This document shows positions 10,167 to 19,100 of a stretch of 64,000 bases of DNA, piece after piece; positions within the stretch are counted from its first letter, which is position 1, and each line of letters opens with the position of its first letter. Made by a program: the position numbers and the translations under genes. Under the pieces are notes generated by a model. The model was not told the origin of the DNA, did not search any database, and saw only the letters and a list, made by a program, of their open reading frames with translations. The stretch is from a virus: the IMG/VR virus record IMGVR_UViG_3300030104_003441, positions 2,903 to 66,902 of that record. The stretch is one strand, 5' to 3'.

Positions 10167-10451
10167 TTAATTTAGTTTATCAATTTTTTCTTCGATACGA
10201 TCGAGATCTTCTTTGAGCTCAGACACGTCTTCTTGAGTAGTCATAATAGTCTGTCGCACTAGTTTATCTTTCATATCAAACTCCATGCGAGTTACATCTG
10301 GTGGTAGTGGTTCTGGTAGTTCTTTAGCTAAAGCTATATCAGCTTGTAGCGTAAAATATAAACCAATCAAGGCTGCTAGTCCAGCGCCCGCCATGCCAAT
10401 TGTCTTGAGGTCTAATGTTACTTTAGTATCCTCACCTATTTGTTTTGCCAT
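10167..10451 (-). CDS. single-TM coiled-coil membrane protein
   Basis: Hydrophobic segment followed by heptad tail VSELKEDLDRIEEKIDKL. Confidence 0.55.
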   Translation of the reverse strand: MAKQIGEDTKVTLDLKTIGMAGAGLAALIGLYFTLQADIALAKELPEPLPPDVTRMEFDMKDKLVRQTIMTTQEDVSELKEDLDRIEEKIDKLN

Positions 10452-10457
10452 TTTACT

Positions 10458-11594
10458 TTATTTTTCTCCGCACTTTTTACTTGGGTCATTAACTTGTCTC
10501 CAATCTTCTTTTTGAAACCAGTCTCTTAAAGTAGCGCCTGGTTTACGAGCTCCTTTAACATTTGTTTTGCTAGATCTCTTGTATTTACCTTGAGCGCCTG
10601 ATGATTTCTTTGCGCCAACTAGTTGTTTTCTTTTTTCTTTTGATAAACCTTTTATCTTAGCAGCTGGTAAACAAGTCTTTGTAGTACCACCGCCTTTTTG
10701 TTTTTTCATAGGTGAATCTTTACCCATACGTTTACGTACTATGTTTTTAGTACGCTCCATTTTATCTCTATAAGACTTATCGCTGTCTTTAGTGTTAAAG
10801 TTTATCTGCTGATTTAGACTACCTATAATAGCCTTAAGGTTTGTTTTACCTCTTGTCTTCATAAGCCAAGAAGCTAATCCATCAGCTGATAAATCTCTAA
10901 ACTTACCTTTAGCATCTGGGTATTTAGAGTCGTTCCACTCTAAACGCTTTTTCATAGGAGATGATTTTTTACAACTACCCTTAGAGCCTTTGGCTGTGCC
11001 TGGAACTCTTTCATAACCTTCCCAGCATTTAAGCGGGCTATTTTTGTTTGATGTAGCTTTGTAGTGTTTAAACATAGTCTTACCTAAGTCTTCACCAAAT
11101 TTAGAATCAGATTTGTAATGTGCTCTTGCTACGTTTCTACTTTTAGAAATATCTTTACCAGCCTTTCTAAACTTTTCAGCTGCCCTAGGATACATGTCTG
11201 CTAAAGCCTCTCCAACTAATACACCTTGAGCTGAGTGACCTGACGGATACGATGGCGTTTTCATAGAAGCCATCTCTATAGTTTTTAGGTTTATGTTATG
11301 TTTTTTAGCTAACTCTTTTGGCCTAGGTCTATTAAAATGTTTTTTAAGTTTTAATATAGGGCTAGTTGAATCATCCATTAGCTTTTTAACTAAACCACTA
11401 GGGTACTCTACACCAGCTGACTTAGCTGTTTTTTTAAACGTAGCTTCTATATCATCTTTTTCTGTAACAAACTTTTTATTCATAGGAGTCTTAGACAGCT
11501 GTTTGATCTCTTGATTTGTATCAAAAGAATCATCGCGTGGAGGTTTCTTTTTCATAAAACCTTTTATATCTAAGTTCTTAAATAAACTAGCCAT
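10458..11594 (-). CDS. PAP2-family phosphatase domain fused to several basic phage modules
   Basis: KKHFNRPRP, PSGH and SRNVARAHYKSD motifs, then CWEGY and CLPAAK...WFQKEDW modules. Confidence 0.75.
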   Translation of the reverse strand: MASLFKNLDIKGFMKKKPPRDDSFDTNQEIKQLSKTPMNKKFVTEKDDIEATFKKTAKSAGVEYPSGLVKKLMDDSTSPILKLKKHFNRPRPKELAKKHNINLKTIEMASMKTPSYPSGHSAQGVLVGEALADMYPRAAEKFRKAGKDISKSRNVARAHYKSDSKFGEDLGKTMFKHYKATSNKNSPLKCWEGYERVPGTAKGSKGSCKKSSPMKKRLEWNDSKYPDAKGKFRDLSADGLASWLMKTRGKTNLKAIIGSLNQQINFNTKDSDKSYRDKMERTKNIVRKRMGKDSPMKKQKGGGTTKTCLPAAKIKGLSKEKRKQLVGAKKSSGAQGKYKRSSKTNVKGARKPGATLRDWFQKEDWRQVNDPSKKCGEK

Positions 11595-11761
11595 TACTTT
11601 TTCTTCTTACCCATTTTACCTGGTCCACCAGCTTTAGTGCAACGCACTCCCCAACCTGACGCATAAGCGCTAGGCCATACTTTAAATTTACTTTTAGCAG
11701 CTGTTTTGCAAGCTGGACTAATGCCTTTTTTATAAGGCGCTCCTTTCATTTTAAATGCCAT
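11594..11761 (-). CDS. 55-aa basic protein with MAFKMK N-terminus (not in ORF track)
   Basis: MAFKMKGAPYKKGISPACKTAAKSKFKVWPSAYASGWGVRC...; TAA overlaps the next ATG. Confidence 0.75.
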   Translation of the reverse strand: MAFKMKGAPYKKGISPACKTAAKSKFKVWPSAYASGWGVRCTKAGGPGKMGKKKK

Positions 11762-11765
11762 GATG

Positions 11766-12128
11766 TTAACAGTTCCATCTACGTCTAGCCGCTTTACCTC
11801 TTTCGCCGGTCCAGCTTTTTGATCTAGCGCAGAACGATTTTCTACGTTTAGCAGCTTTACTACCTGGCTTTAGCTTTGAAGGCTTAGTGGTTACAGCTGT
11901 TTTTAATTTACTACCTGGGTTATTTCTTTTATACTCATCAACACCTTTCTGAGTCATACCTCCTCCAGCGGCACCACCTGTTCCAGTTGGTTTAGCTTTA
12001 TTAAAATTTTTACCAGGACCTATGGTCTTACGCGGATCTGCTTTTTTAAATCCACTACCTATGCCTCCAGCTCTACGTCTACCGCAAGAAGTTTTAGAAA
12101 AAGGATTGTTTTTTTGTACATAAGCCAT
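11766..12128 (-). CDS. basic phage protein (DUF6321-like)
   Basis: GGMTQKGV..Y...NPGSKLK...RRKSFCAR...RRWNC. Confidence 0.6.
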   Translation of the reverse strand: MAYVQKNNPFSKTSCGRRRAGGIGSGFKKADPRKTIGPGKNFNKAKPTGTGGAAGGGMTQKGVDEYKRNNPGSKLKTAVTTKPSKLKPGSKAAKRRKSFCARSKSWTGERGKAARRRWNC

Positions 12129-12131
12129 ATC

Positions 12132-13175
12132 TTAGAAGATTACATAGTTTGCTCCACACTTAAAGTTGTACCACTCTCTATTCCAGTACTTATAATATCT
12201 ACCCTCAAGAAATACACCTAAGTGTTTGTTAAATCTGTGTCCAAATATTAAACCGCCTGAGTAATCAAGCCATTGTCCGTTTACTGTATTGTGATACATA
12301 TACTCACCTCCAGTGTCGTAATGGTAGGGTAAAATATTTCCCCATGAGTGGAACCAGAAGTCGTCTGTAAAGTGATAGAAGTCGAAGCCGGCAACCACCG
12401 AGTAATTCCATTGACGAGAGAGTTCATTTCTTTTTCTAGCAGTGTATTCAGATAAGATGCTAGGGATAGTGACCGCCTCCCAGACTTCAGTGTTTGTTGC
12501 AACGACTGTTCCGTCAGGAGCGAGGTACTCGCCTGTAGTAAGGTTGTGTGAATATCCTTCTTCAATTGCGAGGTAAGTATAGTGTATATCTCCTGTTTCC
12601 AGCTTCCACTCTTCAAGTGGATCATACCCGTATGGTTCTGAGATACGCTGCGCGACACCTGCGTGCAAAGAAAACTTGTTACCGAGCTTAAGCCGAAATC
12701 GTTGCGAAGCTTCAAAGTATTCGATGTCTGCAAACCCGTCTTCAACGTATTCAACCTTACCCATAACTTTGTCTCCGATGTAACGAAAAAAGTGGTGCTG
12801 ATTAAAAAACTCTTTACCTTGCTGTCTTTCGTATGTAACTTCTCCAAGAAACTCTATGCCGTTACGTTTACCTATATTAGCGTCAGCAGACCAAGATGTC
12901 TCTGATCCATCATAAAAAGCATTAGCTCTGTTTTCATAACCAAACCTAGCGATCTTACGTACACCCATAGATAAACTGTAGTCAAACGGCGTAGCTATAG
13001 TCTCTTGAGTTAATCCACCTGTAACAGAGTATGTAGTTTGATCTGACACAGAGTTACCTCCATTTACAGCCGCGTAAAACGTGGAAAACTTAAACGCTTT
13101 CTTTAGTTCTTGAGCTTGTACTATAGTACAGCTAAATAGTAAGGTTAATAATAAACTTAATCGTGGTAGTAACAT
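12132..13175 (-). CDS. putative outer-membrane beta-barrel protein
   Basis: Signal peptide, alternating aromatic beta strands, C-terminal GANYVIF ending in Phe (BAM signal-like). Confidence 0.6.
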   Translation of the reverse strand: MLLPRLSLLLTLLFSCTIVQAQELKKAFKFSTFYAAVNGGNSVSDQTTYSVTGGLTQETIATPFDYSLSMGVRKIARFGYENRANAFYDGSETSWSADANIGKRNGIEFLGEVTYERQQGKEFFNQHHFFRYIGDKVMGKVEYVEDGFADIEYFEASQRFRLKLGNKFSLHAGVAQRISEPYGYDPLEEWKLETGDIHYTYLAIEEGYSHNLTTGEYLAPDGTVVATNTEVWEAVTIPSILSEYTARKRNELSRQWNYSVVAGFDFYHFTDDFWFHSWGNILPYHYDTGGEYMYHNTVNGQWLDYSGGLIFGHRFNKHLGVFLEGRYYKYWNREWYNFKCGANYVIF

Positions 13176-16100
13176 TTTCCTGATTTATTTTTTGTTTTCA
13201 TTTTGCATTGTTTGCCGTCCTTCTTTATATGCGAGCACTGTACCTCGTCTTCTTGTTGAGCAACTTGCTGATGTATTGTACAGAAGTTTTCGCCAGGTAA
13301 AGCCATATTTGAACATCGCTTACCGGATCTACTTACTGCGGCGCATTGAACTTCTTCTGCACCTTGTTCTCTCTCTTCGTCTTGGTCGAGCATATTATCT
13401 TCTACTTCCGCAAGCTCTTCATCTGCTTTTACTATCTCTTTTTGTTGTTTTTCTATTTCTCTTTCAGCATCTTTTATAGCTTTAATCTTATCTCTACCTC
13501 TTTGTTTAGCTTCTTCAACCTCCGTATCTTCAATACCAAGTTGCCACTTAGGATAACCCATTAATAACGCTACACGTTGCCAAGTTTCGTTATTATTGTC
13601 TAGCATACCCTGTATGTTATCTACTTTTTGTACAAGTCTAGCAACAGGTAAGTTGCTTAGAGCTTCAATTACATTTGCACCAGCGTGTATGGCTGGATTA
13701 TCAATATCAAAACCCATCTCGCTTATAGCCTCTCTATTGTAGTTCCATTCATTACCTGCTGAATACAGCTTACGTAACTTAGAGCTTATAACAGGAGAAA
13801 AACTAGTTAGTTGAAGAACAGTTCTACTGTGATCCGGAGAGCTTAAAAAACTATCATCATAAGCTTTCGCCTCTTGCTTTTCAAACTCAAGCACCGTGTT
13901 ACGTATAGCACTTAGTGCGGCACCAAGAACACCGGTACCTCTAAGCTGAGAGTCAATAACTGTATTTACTGTTCTATCAATAGATGCGCTTAAATCTTTA
14001 TTATCAGCTTCGTTGTTTTCATCTTCTTCTTCTAATCCAAATCTAAACAAAGCGTTTTGTAATGCAGAGAATATAGCTGACTGTATAACTCCGTAGTAAG
14101 CGATCTTAGACATGTTAGTTTTTAAATCACCTCTACCGTTTACTATATCTCTAGCTGCTTTTTCTTGTATACGCATGTACTGCATTGGTGTATTAGACCA
14201 TGCAAGTATAGTTCTACCTAAACCAGACGCTTGTTGTTGAGATATAAGATCTGCCCTTGATGATTGCTGATTAGTCTCTGTTAACTCTTGGAACTCTAAA
14301 AAAGCTTGCTCTTCGGCTTGTTGCTTGGTTTTACCTTGCTTAACTAGCTCTCTTATTTTGTTTCTGTAATACGTAGAACCTCCTGCGCATATAGCAAAAC
14401 TGTCGGCAATCTGTGTAGGTGTAAAACCTTTTTTAATTAACCAGGCAACAGCTGCTTTAGCTGGGTTTTTCTGACCTGCCATAGCAGCCGCAAGCTCTGC
14501 CTCTTGCACGTTGTATTCTAAACCAGCCCTTCTTTGCTTAAGCATTGGAGAGTTCCATAACATAGAAAAATCTTTCCAATATTGCTTTTGGTTACCAAAC
14601 GCTTTTGCTGCAGCAACTGGATTATTAAACGACCAGTTAATATAGTTAGTAGCAGATATGGTTTGAAGCATTGCAGATCTCATGTTTAAAAACATCGTTG
14701 CTCCAACAGAACCGTTAATCCAATTGTTAAACTGATTAGTTAATCTATTAGCACCTGTAGGTCTATTAGAACCTGTTCTCATTCTATATAGACTATCTTC
14801 AAGAGCTTCTCTAAATTTACTTCCTTGAGTAGCTTCAATTTTATTTAGATTAGTTGGCGTGAATATAGTGTCGATGTTTTGCTGCCACTCCTCTAAGTAC
14901 TCAGCTCGTCTAGCTTTGTTGTTTAAGTTAAACAAGTCTGATACAATAGTTTCACCAATCCAATTAGCCGATGGCTCAACCCACGTACCTTTACCTATCA
15001 TGTTTAGTTGCTCAGCAAAGTTACGTAAATCAACGTCTTTATTAATAACATCAGTCATAGACTTTAAATCTCTCATAGATAGCTCAGGAATATCAAATCC
15101 ATTTTTCTCCCATAAGTAAGTCCTAATAGCTTGGTCAAACGTAAAAGCAGATCCAGGTAGTCGCTTGTTTAATTTTCTTTTAACACTAGGTATATCTTTA
15201 TACAAAGCCTTAAGATCTTCAGAAGCTCTTTGTCTAGACTCATTCATTTCTCTATTGGCTCTAGCAAAAGGCTTAACTAAGTTTTCTTCAAAGAAAGCTC
15301 TGTCAGCATCACCTCGTTTACCTTTACCCATAAAGTTTTGCATAAGGCCCATAAAGTCTTGAGCGCCAGGCACTACAATTGACTGAGTGTACCTACGCTT
15401 ACCTAGCATTTTACCTTTAGCTCCGCTAAATATCTTCTCGTAGCCAATACCAGTTTTACGCTCAATCATTTTATTGAACTCCAAGTTCATGTCTTGCGAG
15501 GCTAGTCTACGCGCTTGTTGAACGTTAGACTTAATATCAAGTTGACCTAGCACTTCTTTAACAGCTTCTACGTTAGGTAAAGCGTCGTCGACAAAGTACA
15601 TATCATTATAACCTTCAGCAAACTTTTCCAACATCCACTGAGCCTTGGCTGCGCCTTCGCTCTTGCCTAGGCCAGTAATATTTTCTAAAGGTATGTCTAT
15701 GCCTTTACTTCTAAGCCAACTATGTATAGGTTCAGCCGATGCTTGTTGTCTAGCTGTTAATACAAACACATTGTTTGATCCGTACTTGCTTATTTGATTT
15801 TTCATCTTCTGTAGCAGTGGTCCATCGGCACCACCTCTTACATTTGCAAAATCAGAAAAGTCAAATTCATACCCTTGCTCGGCATACTTAGGCCCTTCAA
15901 TTGGCCACTGTTCGCTACTAATTTCTACGCGCTTACCATCTTTAGTTGCTACAACAAAGTTTTCTCCATCTACAATTAAAGTCTCGTCAAAATCAAACGT
16001 GCTCATACCCTTCTTCTTAGCACGAGGGTTTCTAGAATTAGCCACAGCCTTCTTCATGTTTTCCATTTGCTCAAGCATACGGGTAGGCTCTAAATTCTTT

Positions 16101-19100
16101 TCTGCCAAACGAGGGCTTATCATCTCTGCGTAAGATTCTCTAAGCATAGCACCTCTTTTAGACACTTCAGCAACGGACAAACCTGTTTTACTATAGACCT
16201 TGCCGTTTCTATAGTTAACCAGCGATAAATCAAAAGGAGATTTATGGTTAGCCATATAATACCTAGATTCTATAGGATCCATACCTGGCACGTGGAACGA
16301 TGGTAAATCAGTTTTTAATATTTTATTTACCATTGTGTCTAACGACTCTGGTATAAGAGTAGTATGATAATCTCGAAGAGTAAGCTCTAACGCTTTAGCT
16401 TGTGGTGCCGCGCCTTTAGACAATATATAATCATATATTCTAGCTTTCACGTTCTGAGCTGGAGTAGTGTGTTCAAGCACCCAGTTCTTTCCGTATTTAG
16501 CCTCTATATCTGCTCTACTCATTTCAGGTAGCACGGCTAGCGAGGCTGATTTTTTAATCAAACCTTCCATAGGACCTCCTTGCCCTTCAACGATCTGCCT
16601 AACTTGACGATATGTTATGTCACCATTAGTATACATATCTTTTATTGTCTCTATTACAGATGATTTTCCTTTACCATCAAACAGAGCTTTCTTGTTTTCT
16701 TCGCCGATATTATCAAACTTGTCGCGGGCTTCTAAATCCCATAATCCATCTTTTCCTGTAACTCCTTCTAATACTTTATTCTTCTTACCAACTCCATCTG
16801 AATCTGCACGTGAAGATCCTTCGTAGTCTTTTAGCTTAACACCTTCAGACTCTAGTCTAGCGTATACACCATCGGCAGCCTCTTGTGCTTTAGCAGCTGT
16901 CTCAAACAAAGCAAACCTGTTATCACTTCTAAACTCAGTATTTCCCTCGATCATATTCTGTTCTGCAGTCTTAATGAGGGTTACGCTTAGGATTTCTAAT
17001 GGGTTTTCAGGGTTTTCAATTTCTGATTTACTAGGCTTCTTGTTAGTCGTCGTTACTTTTCCAGTTCTTTTATTTCGTACTTCATACTCTCTGTGCGATC
17101 TATAAGTACCAAGACCAGCTCCTTTACTTATACCTTCTTTTATTAAAGCTTCAAACGCTCCTTTACCCTTAACTCGAGTTAGAGTTTCTATAATACCACC
17201 CTCCATAGTAAAGGCGGCTTGTCCTTCTCTAATGCCTTCTATACTGTCATATAGATTTTTTGTTTCAAGAGCTTCAAATCCATACTTAGCCTCTATTGAT
17301 TGCAAGCTTTTTGGGTATGCAATAGCTTTCATAGACGCTTCAATAGCTCTCTTAGGCGTCATAGTTGTAAACGTAAACTGCGCTTCAAGTTGCGTTGCAA
17401 TTTTCTTTATGTCTGCCTTGCTTATATTTTCAATAGGGTTGTTTGCAAAGTGAGTTATCATAGCGTGCTCAAAAGCTTTTTCTTCTCCGTCAGTAACAGC
17501 TTTTTCGTACAAATCTTTAAACTCTTTACTTTCGATTTGATCTAAAAACTCCATTTGCTCAGTAAAATCTTTCAACTCTAACCTTGAACTAGCAAGCCTA
17601 GCTTTACCCGCGCTAATCTGATTAGCTAAAATCTCTGTAGCGATACCTAGCTTTTGAGACACAGCAGGCAAGTTTTCCATAGCCGCCTGGTATGTCATAC
17701 CTCTAACTACTTCTTCCATGTAGTTCTTTCTAATACCCTCTATGTTTCGCGCAATGGCTTTCTCGTTTTTAGAACCAGGTTCACTAGCGTATTCTTTAGC
17801 TAGCGTATTGTCAATGTCATACCTAACTTCACCACCACCAAGTTCAACCTCTTTTATACCTAATCTCTTAAGTGTTTCAGCTTTGCTTAGTTTAAGTAGC
17901 TCCTTAGGGGTGTTACCTTGACCTGTAGGATCTGCTTCAGCAGTGAGTCTACCGGTTTCTTTAGAAGTAAATTCCGCAATACGCTTTGGTGTTCCATATA
18001 AAACCTCTTTGTAGTTTGCTGGTTGACCTTTCTTAGCTATATTAATTGTTTGTAGAGTGTTGGCTACACCAATAGCTTTACCTTCTAGTTCTACGTTACC
18101 AGTTCTAGTAGATAGTGTTCCTTCTGGTAATGCAGATTTTTTAGCTATATCTAGAGTTCTACCTATAGTTTCAATGCGCTCTGCAGTATTCTTACCAAAT
18201 ACTTTGTCAACTATTTCTTTTGGAGTTTTTATATTTTTTAAATCACGATATGAAGTAGGTATGTCAGACGTTGTTTCTATATAATCTTTAACAAACTTGC
18301 CATGCTCTTTAATACCCTTTTTTATTTGCGACTCTCTTCCTTCAGGGGCATTGTCAGTAAGTCTTTCTCTTATATCTATTCTAAGTCTAGCATCAGTCTT
18401 GTTATTTAGCTTCATTTCTGAAGGAGTGTATACTGGCTCTTGACCTGGCTTTAAATCTGTTGTAGTCCCTGTAAATTCAGTCTTTTCAATACCAGGTCTC
18501 TTTAACGCTGTACCTAGTTTATTTACAATGTACGAATTTAAATAAGCATCGAGATCATCATTTTCAATACCTTCTTTTCCATCTGTCTCTCTAAACTTTC
18601 TATTAAAAGCATCTAAGTGTTTTAATAGTTCTGGCCTAGTAATATCCCACGCAAAATCTTCTCTTTCAGACTTAGACATGTTCTCAAATGTAGGCGTTTC
18701 AAATCTTCCTTGACTTTTAGCCACGGCTATGGTCTTACCTCTATAAGAACTTATTATAGCATCAATAGCCTCTCCTTGTCGTTGAGCGTCTCTACCTACT
18801 AAGTCTTTGCTAAACATAATGTCCTTATGGCCAGCGTGTATTCTATTTATCCTTTCTTTTCTAGCGTTATCTGATTCGTTTTGCGCAGGTCTATCGATTA
18901 CCAAAAGATCATCTATTGATCTAATAGCTTGTATATTTTCCTGCATTTTTGCCTCATAACCTTCTGGCTTGTTTTTAAACAAATCAACGTTATCTTTAAT
19001 AAGATCACGTCGTCTTTTAGACTCTGAAGCTAATCTACTTGTTTCAGTAAAATGTATACCTTGCTCGTTGTAAAGCCTTTCCATCTCTCTAGCCTCAGGG

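Noticed and set aside
12281-12847. 188-aa alternative-frame ORF inside the beta-barrel gene
   Set aside because: Fully nested, Ser/Thr/Leu-rich composition typical of shadow frames, no motif
15975-16010. DFDE as a crAss-like virion RNA polymerase catalytic motif
   Set aside because: Reads DFDETL (HAD DxDxT) with downstream LTAR and DD motifs, not DxDxD
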